In this document: positions 44,446 to 54,609 of the stretch, in pieces
Layout of the letters: every line of letters begins with the position of its first letter
How positions within the stretch are numbered: position 1 is the stretch's first letter
Source: Bacteroidales bacterium
Lineage (GTDB): Bacteria; Bacteroidota; Bacteroidia; Bacteroidales; UBA932
Assembly (NCBI GenBank): GCA_015060445.1
Contig: SUYL01000037.1
Span: 1,577-65,576, forward strand
Length of the DNA stretch: 64,000 bases
Direction: 5' to 3'
Position numbers and translations under genes: made by a program
Notes under the pieces: generated by a model
Database searches by the model: none
Seen by the model: only the letters and a program-made list of their open reading frames with translations
What the model was told of the DNA's origin: nothing

Positions 44446-46551
44446 TTAAAACTCAACCTTATAGCTGATACTAGGCATTATAGGGAACACATACACCTTT
44501 TTCCAGGTATCTTCATCTACATCATAGTACAGACTGAAGATATTGTGCCTATTAGTAAGGTTATATATTCCCAGTTGCAGATTATGAATAGCTTTTGGCT
44601 TTTTCCATTTGGCATATGCACCTACATCAACGCGCATATAATGCTCAAGACGTTTATTGTTGAAGCCGCTATAGTAGTCAAGCGAAACATCATAACCTGG
44701 AACAAATCCTGGATAAGTCCCGGATTTCACACTTTCCATATTGCCGCTCTGATAACTCAACAGCAGGTTGGCGCCATACTCTTTGTTGTCTTTTAAATAG
44801 AAAAGGTAATCTGCTGTTGCATTCAACACATGAGGTCTGTCAAATTTTGCCTTGAACTCCTTGCCATCATTCAATTCAGGGAAGAATCTGGTAGTCTCAG
44901 AAAAAGTATAGGCTACTTTATAATTCAGTTTTTTGCCGCTCTTCTGATACAGGAACTCTATTCCCTGACTCTTGCCCTCTCCCACATTTATAAAATCTTT
45001 CCATCCGCTCATTGCCTGTTGTCCAAAGAACTCGCTTGCCTTTTCAAAGTAAATAAGATTTGTCATTTCCTTATAATATGCACCTACAGAAAGTCTGTGG
45101 TCCTTTGCCAACTTGAAGTATAATCCACCGTAATATTGGATTCCAGTTTCTGGATGCAGTTGCCTGGAAGATGGCACAATCATATCCAAAGACCATCCCA
45201 AAGGGATACCCTCCAAGGTGTGATAATACTGCACCAGCCTGTCATAGGTTGCTTCAATACCCATCCATTTTGTAAGTCTTGCACTTGCATTGAAACTCAC
45301 CTCCGGCTCAAATCCTTTATACTCATCATATTTGGATTTCTCCCCTATAAAATAACTGCCCCTTAAAGACAAAGCCATTTGCAGTCTGTCTTTATTGCTG
45401 TATTTGAGTTCTGAATACAGATTTCCCAAAAAGTTCTCCGTTTTATTGGATTTCCCTGCAGGCTCGGCTGATGCTGATGCATATTCTTGGGATGATCCCG
45501 GGTTGAAAGTGCTGGTTGTTACCCTCACTCCCATTTTCAAATTCCATTTGTCAGATATCTTATATCTGAACGCTGTATTCAATGACAGTTCCTCTATGCT
45601 GGAAGTTATAGAAAGCTTGTTGTACTTATCCTGCATAATCCTCTCCTGTGTCTGCCCACTCTGGTAACTGTTGTATGAAGCATTTGTTTTCACACTCCAT
45701 TTAGGAGATATATTGCAGTTCCATTCCAAGTTGCCTATCATATTATGCCAATTCATCTTGTCATATGAACTTACATTTATGTCTCCGTATCCAAAATCAT
45801 CCACACTATAAAAGAAAGAAGCGTTTACAGTATGCTTGGCATCAGGTTTATAGGATAGCTTGCTATATATATCATATACCCCAGCCTCCAGGTTATTGAA
45901 AAGGGTAAGTTTGTCCTCAACCCATTTTTTCCCCATCTCATATTCCAATGAAAGAGGTGAGACTCTGGCTGCCACCTCTAAAGCCAGTTTATCTTCTTTT
46001 ATTGGAGCCGAAGCATATCCGCTAACCATAAAATTGCTTACTCCAAATTTGGCTTCACACTCATTGAAATTGGGATCCTTGGTAACAATATTTATATGAG
46101 ACGCGAGCATATTGTAGCTCTCCGCTCCAAAACCTCCCACATTAAAGTTAGCACTGCCCACTATATCATTTGAAAATGCTGATGTAATTCCCAACAGATG
46201 CCCATAACCATAAAGCCTTACTCCATCAATTGTAACAACATTATTTCCCAGATTACCACCTCTCACATAGAAAGATGACGTACCCTCCACTCCTACAGCA
46301 ATACCTGGCATTGTCTGGATATATTTTATCACATCACCTTCTCCCAGTGCTGTTACCATATGCTGCATCTTGGGAAGATCTACCTTTACAACTCCTGCAG
46401 CCCTTACTACTGATGAATCAGCTATTACAGTTATAGACTGAAGAGTATCCAAGCGCTCCTTAATGTTCTCATTAAAGTTTTGTGCAGACAAATTTATGGA
46501 GCTTAGAATGAGCACTACTACAGATACCAGAATTCTATATTTTTTCTTCAT
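44446..46551 (-). CDS. TonB-dependent receptor (mirror copy of 42244..44349)
   Basis: Identical 701-aa translation; coordinates 88795-x. Confidence 0.8.
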   Translation of the reverse strand: MKKKYRILVSVVVLILSSINLSAQNFNENIKERLDTLQSITVIADSSVVRAAGVVKVDLPKMQHMVTALGEGDVIKYIQTMPGIAVGVEGTSSFYVRGGNLGNNVVTIDGVRLYGYGHLLGITSAFSNDIVGSANFNVGGFGAESYNMLASHINIVTKDPNFNECEAKFGVSNFMVSGYASAPIKEDKLALEVAARVSPLSLEYEMGKKWVEDKLTLFNNLEAGVYDIYSKLSYKPDAKHTVNASFFYSVDDFGYGDINVSSYDKMNWHNMIGNLEWNCNISPKWSVKTNASYNSYQSGQTQERIMQDKYNKLSITSSIEELSLNTAFRYKISDKWNLKMGVRVTTSTFNPGSSQEYASASAEPAGKSNKTENFLGNLYSELKYSNKDRLQMALSLRGSYFIGEKSKYDEYKGFEPEVSFNASARLTKWMGIEATYDRLVQYYHTLEGIPLGWSLDMIVPSSRQLHPETGIQYYGGLYFKLAKDHRLSVGAYYKEMTNLIYFEKASEFFGQQAMSGWKDFINVGEGKSQGIEFLYQKSGKKLNYKVAYTFSETTRFFPELNDGKEFKAKFDRPHVLNATADYLFYLKDNKEYGANLLLSYQSGNMESVKSGTYPGFVPGYDVSLDYYSGFNNKRLEHYMRVDVGAYAKWKKPKAIHNLQLGIYNLTNRHNIFSLYYDVDEDTWKKVYVFPIMPSISYKVEF

Positions 46552-46563
46552 AACATCTATTTT

Positions 46564-47649
46564 TTAATCATTCCAACCAGGGATAGTTATATTATATTGA
46601 TCCCATACAGCAGGGAAATCCAGATATTGCCAATCTTTAACCATCAGCTCATATCTACATTCTGCTGCAAATATTCCCAATCCGTTTTTGATATTTGAAT
46701 ATATTTCATCCTTTTCCCATAGATGGGTCAAATCAGATTCTTCTTTCCTGTTAAGGCCCAAGTTTTTTGCTATGATATCCTTAATATACATTTCGTAATC
46801 CTTACTAATATTCTGGACCACCAGATACGACAGCGGATGAATACACCTAATATTTCCTTCCTTATAACTTCTATGGGGGGAAAACCAAATTTGAATTGCT
46901 CCTATTTGATTAAAGTCAATTCCTGGCAAAACAACTGATACTTTCCTTCTATAAGACTGATTAGTCATATTCAGACTATCTATAGACGAAATATAAAGAC
47001 TATCTCTACATATTGCATATATTCCATTATATTCAAAATCCTGAAACATCCACGTATGATATTTTTTTTTAAAAATTGATTCTTCTGTATTAACGTCATG
47101 ATTATATGATATATATCTATGACTACTTGCTATCCTGTAATCTTTTGTCTCTGGAATATAATCCATAAAAGAAAATAGCGTGATTGCTTCCGAATTGTAT
47201 TTACCACTGCTCTTCGTATGAAAATATTGATCATCCGACGCATTCGCGACTCTTTTGAACCGTATAAATTCATTTCGCAATGGGAATCTTGTTGAAGCAG
47301 TAATCGTTTCCTCGCCTGGTACTAATACTGTTAACTTATAAATTGCATTTTGAATAGGCAAAAAATCCCCTTTCCACTCACCATCCTTGACCTTATAGAA
47401 ATCGTGTCTTTCAACAACCATACTATCTTGACATACTCTCTCAATATACACCTGAGCATCTTCTACCGGTGGATTATAGTTTTCCGAAACATACGAGGTG
47501 TAAAAAAGATTCACCTTCTGAACTATGGTATCTTCAAGTATTGCATGCACAACAACGGCCCTCTCTCTTGGATCAAGATCTACTTTTTCTGTACAAGAAA
47601 ATAATATTATTGCACAGAATATTTGGAGAACATTCAATATTTTTTTCAT
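46564..47649 (-). CDS. DUF4249-type lipoprotein (mirror copy of 41146..42231)
   Basis: Identical 361-aa translation. Confidence 0.6.
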   Translation of the reverse strand: MKKILNVLQIFCAIILFSCTEKVDLDPRERAVVVHAILEDTIVQKVNLFYTSYVSENYNPPVEDAQVYIERVCQDSMVVERHDFYKVKDGEWKGDFLPIQNAIYKLTVLVPGEETITASTRFPLRNEFIRFKRVANASDDQYFHTKSSGKYNSEAITLFSFMDYIPETKDYRIASSHRYISYNHDVNTEESIFKKKYHTWMFQDFEYNGIYAICRDSLYISSIDSLNMTNQSYRRKVSVVLPGIDFNQIGAIQIWFSPHRSYKEGNIRCIHPLSYLVVQNISKDYEMYIKDIIAKNLGLNRKEESDLTHLWEKDEIYSNIKNGLGIFAAECRYELMVKDWQYLDFPAVWDQYNITIPGWND

Positions 47650-47982
47650 CTTACTTAATTTGAATCAGTAGTTAAAAATTAACGTTATAAACGCGATGGC
47701 GACTTTGCCCATCACATGTAAAAGTAGTCCGGCCGTTGACCGGCACTTTATTCATAGCAAAATTGCAACTAATTCATCTGTTTTAAGAAAAACTCATCTA
47801 AATTCTTCACAACATTTTACACCTATAATCCACTGTTTTTCAAATAAATAAAGGCGATGTTAGACTTCAGAACCTAACATCGCCCTTATTTATAATACAA
47901 TAAGCTGATTTACAGCATATTACCCCCCCCCTAATTATGCAAATCAAGTTTAAATGGCCATACCACATTATTTATCAAACAG

Positions 47983-49653
47983 TTATAAAAGATATTCCAA
48001 TATCACATCCTTATCTTTTGAGTCAGACTCTGATATTTTAGTCTTCATACGTACCTTTTTCATATAAATATTGCCAATAGAATCATTTGTAAAAACACTG
48101 ATGGCTTTGGCCGAAAAGCCTGCCAGAAAAAAACAGCATAGCCTTATTTCCATCTCCGTCATTTGAGGAACTGTTTCTCTTATTCTGGCCACTACATTAT
48201 CCATATAAAGGTTAATGATCTTTTCCAATTGCATAATATGTTTCCTGTTGCTCTGCAATTTCTCAATCTCATTCCTCACCTGGGTATATATTGCATCTTT
48301 GTCTTTATTTGCAGCTTGAGTTTCATAATAAGTTGTGCATAGCTTATCTATAAGATTAAACTGAGAGCCAAAAAGGCTGTTGATCTTCTTTCTCATTTCA
48401 ACATTTTCTACAATTGCACTATCTGCTTCTTCATTGACAGCCAGCAGAGAACTTTCCAGATTATATATTTTATCAATATAACTCTCTATCTGTTTCTGTT
48501 TTACCCTTATCCTGTATCTGTATGCAACAACCAGCATGATAATTACCACTATGGAAACACATATAAAGGCAGCCAGTCTGTGCTTGCTTTGCTTCAATTC
48601 TTGCGCTTTTACTTTGTACTCTGTTTGATAGTAATCCTTTTGAGCTGTCAATATAGGTTGTTGTAGGTTCTTCCTTACAATGGTATCCTGTATATATAAG
48701 ACCTTCTCATGATTTTTTAGCGCCACATCATGTTTTCCCACAAGCTTATTGATCTTATACTCCCTAAAATACAATTGCGCTGAATCTGAACTGTTTCTTG
48801 CCAGCTTCCAAGCTCTGCTCATGTATAATTTTGCACTGTCACTCTTTTGCAATGCATAAGCGTATGCCTTAGCCTGCATAAGCATAAGGTCATCATTGCA
48901 CAATTTAACATATTTGCTTGTTAGCAATGATTTCGCACCCTGCATATCACCCTGTTGCTCATAAATATGAAACAGCAACTGCACACATTGTTGGGTAAGA
49001 TATACATCTTTGCTATCATATGCTGCAGTAATAATTTCAGAAATGATCTCATGAGACTTATCATACTGCTTCACACTTTTATACAATTGCGCCAAGGAGA
49101 GCTTTGCATATACTTTATGGGATGACTTGTTTGCCAGATCATAGAAATGGCTCGCTTTACTGAAAGCCTCAATACTTTTTGGGTAATCGTATAAAGTCTG
49201 GTAAATAAGGCCTAATTGGGCATAAAGTAAGCCTATACTATAATTATCAGATATCTGTCCGGCCATTTCTTCTGCAACAGCAAAAGAGACCAAGGCTTTT
49301 GCCAGATTACCACTATTCTGCTGAATCCGACCAAGATAGTAATATGAGAGAAATTTGTGCTCAGCATCATTTGAATTTCTATAATAATCAACAGCAACCA
49401 TTATCAAAGAATCATCTACTTCATCTATCCAATTCTTATCCATAGCTTGGGACAACAACAGAGCATACAGAGCCTGGGATTTTTTTCCTGTAATCTTCAT
49501 TGGATCTATCCCTTTTAATATTATAAACGACGAATCAGGAGAATTCATCATAAGTTCTTCAGCCCTCCTCAACTCTGATTTTACCCGATTACTCTTAACA
49601 GAACATGCACAGAATAGATGAGCAATCAACAATAGAAATAACAAACAGCGCAT
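47983..49653 (-). CDS. TPR/TM/HTH regulator (mirror copy of 39142..40812)
   Basis: Identical translation. Confidence 0.6.
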   Translation of the reverse strand: MRCLLFLLLIAHLFCACSVKSNRVKSELRRAEELMMNSPDSSFIILKGIDPMKITGKKSQALYALLLSQAMDKNWIDEVDDSLIMVAVDYYRNSNDAEHKFLSYYYLGRIQQNSGNLAKALVSFAVAEEMAGQISDNYSIGLLYAQLGLIYQTLYDYPKSIEAFSKASHFYDLANKSSHKVYAKLSLAQLYKSVKQYDKSHEIISEIITAAYDSKDVYLTQQCVQLLFHIYEQQGDMQGAKSLLTSKYVKLCNDDLMLMQAKAYAYALQKSDSAKLYMSRAWKLARNSSDSAQLYFREYKINKLVGKHDVALKNHEKVLYIQDTIVRKNLQQPILTAQKDYYQTEYKVKAQELKQSKHRLAAFICVSIVVIIMLVVAYRYRIRVKQKQIESYIDKIYNLESSLLAVNEEADSAIVENVEMRKKINSLFGSQFNLIDKLCTTYYETQAANKDKDAIYTQVRNEIEKLQSNRKHIMQLEKIINLYMDNVVARIRETVPQMTEMEIRLCCFFLAGFSAKAISVFTNDSIGNIYMKKVRMKTKISESDSKDKDVILEYLL

Positions 49654-49691
49654 ACTATATAATTTTTCATTATACAAATATAGCACACAAA

Positions 49692-50250
49692 TCACACTTT
49701 CTCATTCCTACCATGTGGCAAACTAACTATCGCCTTAATCCTAAACTCCCCATGCCCAACTTTCTCAAGCACTCCACTGCTTACCCAGCGGTTAATATAC
49801 CTGTCGGCAGAAGGTACAGGAATACCCAAAGTCTCTGCAACCTGCAGGTAGATCTGGCGGGGAAAGGTTGTATCTTCAGGCAGGGAGATGAGGAACATTT
49901 GCTGTCGGGAAGAAGAGAGGGGGCCCGATGGGTTATCTTCTACTTTAGGCAAGGTGCTGAAGATTTTACCGGTGTGTTCCATTAGGGTGTTGCAGATGGT
50001 GAGGGCGGTGGAAAAGTTTTCATCTGTGCAGATTTCTACGCGGATGGGGCCAATTGGCTGCAAGAACTGGTATAGGGAATAGAACTCCTCGCCCAGAGTG
50101 CGGATTGGGGATGCTTATGTTTCTTTGTCTTTACGGCGGATGTGGGAGATCGTTCAGTTTGGTTTTGTATTCTTCTTTTTCGGCAATGTTTAGTATGCGG
50201 AGTTGGTTGAGGATAGGATCTATGAGGTTACGGCATAGTGTAGATATAAA
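49692..50250 (-). pseudogene. Frameshifted gene remnant (mirror copy of 38545..39103)
   Basis: Mirror coordinates; identical 123-aa track ORF. Confidence 0.3.
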
Positions 50251-50305
50251 TTAATAAATGTCCCGACTCTTTACAAAACGGGACATTCATTATAGTAATT
50301 TGAAT

Positions 50306-51430
50306 TTAATTTTCGTTCTTTTCAAACTCTTCAATCCATGCTTTGAGTTTGTTTTGAAGCTCTGTTTTATCGGGAAGATACAAGGCATATTCTGCTGCAT
50401 AGATATTGGCATTTTCTGGCAATGTGAGTTTGATGAGTGTATCTTTTTTCTCTTTACATAGCAGGATGCCTATGGTTGGCTTTTCAAACTCCTGTTTCAC
50501 ATAGCGGTCATAATAGTTGACGTACATTTGCATCTGGCCAAGATCCTGATGAGTAAGTTTGTCAATTTTCAGATCAATGAGAACATAGCACTGGAGCAGA
50601 CGGTTGTAGAAGATAAGATCTACATAGTAGTTGTCTTCATCAAATGTGAATCGTCTTTGGCGCTTTTCAAACAGGAAGCCTTTTCCCATCTCCAACAGGA
50701 ACTCTTGCATTTTATCAATGATTGCAGACTCCAATTTTGTTTCTGAGTAAACTGCTTCAGGTTTCAAGCCGAGGAACTCCAGAGTTACTGGATTCTTGAG
50801 GATGTCTGCAGGTTTCTCTATTGTCTGTCCTTCCTGAGCAAGGCGCAGCACCTCGCTTTTATCTTTACTAAGGGCCAATCTCTCATACAAGCTGCTGTTA
50901 ACCTGACGCTGTAACCAACGTACACTCCAGTTCTGTTTTGCGCATTCTATTTCATAGAAACTGCGGGCATTGGCATCGGAGATACGCATAAGTATCAGAT
51001 AATGAGACCAGGAGAGGGCAAATTTATGAGTTACAGGTGTAGTACCTTGAAAATCGTAAACAGTGTTTACGATTTTTGATGTTTCAGATTTATTGGCCTC
51101 AGCTGGAATTTCGTAAACGGTGTTTACGGAATTTGAATATGTTTGATAGAACTTTCTAGTTGTCGTTAATGTCTCTACTGACCAACCTTTCCCATATCTG
51201 TTAGTCAGCTTCTCCGAGAGTTGTTTAAGGACCTGTTTACCATAGGCAGCTTTATATTTTCCCTCCTGCTCATGCTCTATGATGTATCTTCCAACATTAT
51301 ACTTTGTGTACACCTCAGCAATATTTATTGCAGAACTTACCTTCTTCCTTGACTCTTCAATCAAGCCTGCTATTTTTTCAAATAGGGCATCTACCTTAAC
51401 TTCTGTAATTTCTGTTCCTTTCATAAGCAT
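50306..51430 (-). CDS. YhcG/DUF1016 PD-(D/E)xK protein (mirror copy of 37365..38489)
   Basis: Identical 374-aa translation. Confidence 0.75.
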   Translation of the reverse strand: MLMKGTEITEVKVDALFEKIAGLIEESRKKVSSAINIAEVYTKYNVGRYIIEHEQEGKYKAAYGKQVLKQLSEKLTNRYGKGWSVETLTTTRKFYQTYSNSVNTVYEIPAEANKSETSKIVNTVYDFQGTTPVTHKFALSWSHYLILMRISDANARSFYEIECAKQNWSVRWLQRQVNSSLYERLALSKDKSEVLRLAQEGQTIEKPADILKNPVTLEFLGLKPEAVYSETKLESAIIDKMQEFLLEMGKGFLFEKRQRRFTFDEDNYYVDLIFYNRLLQCYVLIDLKIDKLTHQDLGQMQMYVNYYDRYVKQEFEKPTIGILLCKEKKDTLIKLTLPENANIYAAEYALYLPDKTELQNKLKAWIEEFEKNEN

Positions 51431-51568
51431 AATCTCCTTGTTGCAAATTTACTGATTTTCCTACATTCCCCACGCACCATCTATGAGTTTCATTGCGTCG
51501 GATTTTGTTTTTTCTGCTATGTCAATGTATGGGCGCATTGCTTTGTAGTCTGAGTGTTGGAGAGAGGT

Positions 51569-51670
51569 TTACCTATCCCAGTTTCTGGTTTTATCCGCAT
51601 CTGTGATGGGCCTGATTACCCGGCAAGGGTTGCCGGCCGCAACACAATTGTCGGGAATAAGTACTATTTT
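51569..51670 (-). pseudogene. O-acetyltransferase 3' remnant (mirror copy of 37125..37226)
   Basis: Mirror coordinates. Confidence 0.55.
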
Positions 51671-51686
51671 TTAGACACATTACCCA

Positions 51687-52250
51687 TCATTGGGCAGTCA
51701 ACTCCATCTGCATATGCCACATAGGGTGGCCCAGGAATTCTTTAGTTCCAACACGCCTGAAGCCCAGGGAGGCATAGAGTTTTTCCACATGGGGCCGTTC
51801 TACCTCAACTATGAGGCCCACCCTACTGCAATCTGCATCTGATGCAACGGAGCAGATGGCCCGGATGAGTGCAGAGGCAACTCCGCAGCCGCGGAACTGG
51901 GGCAACACACCAAGGGAATCGAGGTAGAATTCTCCTTGCGAAGTTTCGTCGGGAAGATGGGGAACAGCAGGGTTGTATTTTCCCACAATGGAGAGGGTAT
52001 TCTCCCTCAACGGGTAGAGGAGTGCCCCGTCATACCCCACAATTGCTCCGGCAGGCTCCCCTTCTACAAATGCCACAAGGGAATTGGCGTAACTGTATTG
52101 GGTCCCCTCAGTACTGGCAACCTCTTCCAGCACTGCGAGGTAATTTTCCCCGCAGTACTCTGCCACAGATTCCTCCCCTATTGCCATTGCAACTGCTCTG
52201 GCAATTATTGGGGCATCCTCCCGGCTGGCTTTCTTTATTGCAATCTCCAT
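51687..52250 (-). CDS. GNAT N-acetyltransferase (mirror copy of 36545..37108)
   Basis: Identical translation. Confidence 0.75.
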   Translation of the reverse strand: MEIAIKKASREDAPIIARAVAMAIGEESVAEYCGENYLAVLEEVASTEGTQYSYANSLVAFVEGEPAGAIVGYDGALLYPLRENTLSIVGKYNPAVPHLPDETSQGEFYLDSLGVLPQFRGCGVASALIRAICSVASDADCSRVGLIVEVERPHVEKLYASLGFRRVGTKEFLGHPMWHMQMELTAQ

Positions 52251-52275
52251 AATACGGTCTGAATTCAAATGCAAA

Positions 52276-53016
52276 CTACATTGCACTGCACAAAATTATC
52301 ACTCCACTGATTCCTATATACCCATAAACCACATACGGGAACTTCTTGCCGGGGATTCTGCTGAAGGCCCAGCCCCCCAATGTGGAGCCTATTGCAACAG
52401 CACCAAGACAGAAGATATAGCATTTCCCAACAGCCGGGGTTACAAATCCGTTCCCCGCCCTGGCTATTGTCATCATTGCGTTTGTAATTACAAAGTAGGT
52501 CTGTATCATCCCCATATAATGCTCCTTGTCCTGCTCTGCAGAGATGAAATAGAGCACAGCCGGAGGGCCATGCATCCCAAAGAAGCCCCCCATAAGGCCG
52601 CTCAAAGAGCCTGCGCCCAACTGGTACGGCAATGTTGTTCCAAATTTTATCCTCTTGTTGAGGAAAGCAAAATAGATGCTCACAAAAATGAGTATGAACC
52701 CCAGTATGAACCTAATAGTGCCATCCTGCATCACCTTAAGGAGGCATATTGCAGCGGTGGAGGTTATCAGGAAAATGGAGAGGATTGGAATGAGCCTCTT
52801 CCAGGTTATGAACCTTCTGTATTTTATTAAGGCAATCAATGATGTTGTAAGTGCCAATAATCCCGACAAAGCCGTTGCCTCCCCATACGAAGGCATAAGG
52901 AACGGGAGCAATGTCATTATGAAAATGCCGAACCCGAACCCCGTTGTCCTCTGTACAAAACTGGCCCCAACAGCCAGCAGGAATATCTGTAGAATATTTT
53001 CTGTAAAAAATGCCAC
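52276..53016 (-). CDS. TauE/SafE exporter (mirror copy of 35779..36519)
   Basis: Identical translation; same start uncertainty. Confidence 0.65.
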   Translation of the reverse strand: MAFFTENILQIFLLAVGASFVQRTTGFGFGIFIMTLLPFLMPSYGEATALSGLLALTTSLIALIKYRRFITWKRLIPILSIFLITSTAAICLLKVMQDGTIRFILGFILIFVSIYFAFLNKRIKFGTTLPYQLGAGSLSGLMGGFFGMHGPPAVLYFISAEQDKEHYMGMIQTYFVITNAMMTIARAGNGFVTPAVGKCYIFCLGAVAIGSTLGGWAFSRIPGKKFPYVVYGYIGISGVIILCSAM

Positions 53017-53088
53017 CGTCCTGTACCTATATTGAATCTGTTGGCGCAAAATTAATAAATTTGTGGCAGGAAGATTATTTTTGACACC

Positions 53089-53394
53089 ATGAACATACGT
53101 ATAACAGCAGTACGCCAGAGTGTGTATCCCGACCTTATGGCAAAATATGAGAACCCCATTGAACACACCTGTGATATTAAGGTGGGGCAGCAATGGATTT
53201 CAGAAGAGGGGAAATGTCCGGAGGGGATGTGTCCTTCGGCCTGGTCTTCAATGAGGGAATTTGTGGAATCCCTTGCCAGAGGGGAAGGCAATTTCTACGA
53301 CGGATGGATGAAAGACCCTATGAGCGCAATGATAAGTTGCAATGACGGTTTCCGTCCAATGAGTTTTTACATTGAGGCAATCAGGGAGGTTTAA
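53089..53394 (+). CDS. TIGR04076-family protein (mirror copy of 35401..35706)
   Basis: Identical 101-aa translation. Confidence 0.65.
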   Translation: MNIRITAVRQSVYPDLMAKYENPIEHTCDIKVGQQWISEEGKCPEGMCPSAWSSMREFVESLARGEGNFYDGWMKDPMSAMISCNDGFRPMSFYIEAIREV

Positions 53395-53516
53395 GTGCCA
53401 ATAATCCATCCAAAACCGTAGTCTCCCCACATAAAGAGTAAGGGCCGGAAGCAGGGGGGGGAGTGAATTACACAATAAAAAAAGCAGCCATCATCACCGA
53501 CGGCTGCCATTTTCCT

Positions 53517-53663
53517 TTAGTCGAGGGCCAGTTCCTTTTCGGCTGCCCAGAAGAGTTCAATCTCGCTGCACTCCTGATATTGGGGATTGCGTCCTGCTAT
53601 CTCCATCATTTTGTTGATTACATACAAAGGAAGGTTCATTGCCAAAGATAAATTTGTATTCAT
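53517..53663 (-). CDS. Possible 48-aa small protein (mirror copy of 35132..35278)
   Basis: Mirror coordinates. Confidence 0.25.
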   Translation of the reverse strand: MNTNLSLAMNLPLYVINKMMEIAGRNPQYQECSEIELFWAAEKELALD

Positions 53664-53742
53664 AGCGTCAAAATTTTTAGTTATTGTCTTATTTTTCTGC
53701 AAAATTAGGGTGCAGTTTTGACAACTTTTGACACAAACAAAT

Positions 53743-54600
53743 TTATTTTGCAGACTCTATAACTCCTGTTTCATGGTTGAGTTCAGAGCCCCTCATACTG
53801 TGGGGGATTGAGAAGATTGCAAACATTACCGCAATTGCAACTACAACCGCCCATCTGTTCCATTTCTTTTTGCCGGTAACCACAGCAAACAACAGCACTA
53901 CAGCGGCAAACAGGGTCTTGTTGTCTGTAAGGTCCCCTCCAAACGGGAAGCCGCTCCAGAATATATCAAAGGCGTATTTCTGCACTATAGGGCCAAATAC
54001 AAAGCCTCCCAGCACCAGCAGCCAGAATGAGAGTAGAGTGTATCTCCTGTATTGGGGCATATTTGCCAAGGCACACAGGAATGCATAGGCTCCAAAGAGC
54101 ATTGAAATGAACATGCAGAGGATATGCGGTATGAGGGCCCACGCCGGAACATCCCCTTTGAAACGGATTATCAGAGGCTCGTCATAGCAAATCATTGTAC
54201 GGGTCTTTAGAGAAGTGTCATCATCCTTTCTGAAGGTCTCAAGTTCTATATAATACTCAAGTTTGCCGGCAGCAGGCTGTACCGGAAGAAATGCGGTAAG
54301 CCCCTCTGCTGCAGGGAGCATCTGTACGGCAGTATATTCCCCCCCACCGGGATATTTTCTCCAGTGCATTACGGCATTTATATCCAATCCCAGAGAATCA
54401 ATCATCTGAGGAGTTCCAAAACCTTTCAATACTACGCTGCAGTCCGTTTCACCACCGCTGCGGGGGAGTTTGAACCTGTATTCGTCACCTGCAAGAAATA
54501 CGGTTTCATATTTGGGGTTTGTGGGACCGGTCTTTCTCTGATAAATGCTGGCAGACAATGTTATAACAACTGCCAAAATCCAAAACAATACCTTCTTCAT
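53743..54600 (-). CDS. Hypothetical membrane protein (mirror copy of 34195..35052)
   Basis: Identical 285-aa translation. Confidence 0.55.
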   Translation of the reverse strand: MKKVLFWILAVVITLSASIYQRKTGPTNPKYETVFLAGDEYRFKLPRSGGETDCSVVLKGFGTPQMIDSLGLDINAVMHWRKYPGGGEYTAVQMLPAAEGLTAFLPVQPAAGKLEYYIELETFRKDDDTSLKTRTMICYDEPLIIRFKGDVPAWALIPHILCMFISMLFGAYAFLCALANMPQYRRYTLLSFWLLVLGGFVFGPIVQKYAFDIFWSGFPFGGDLTDNKTLFAAVVLLFAVVTGKKKWNRWAVVVAIAVMFAIFSIPHSMRGSELNHETGVIESAK

Positions 54601-54609
54601 AACACAATT

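Noticed and set aside
43999-44796. Two identical 144-aa ORFs (43999..44433 minus, 44362..44796 plus) that cross the palindrome axis
   Set aside because: They are antisense to the 3' ends of the two TonB-dependent receptor copies and read through the central hairpin. Their existence is a by-product of the palindrome, not evidence for a gene.
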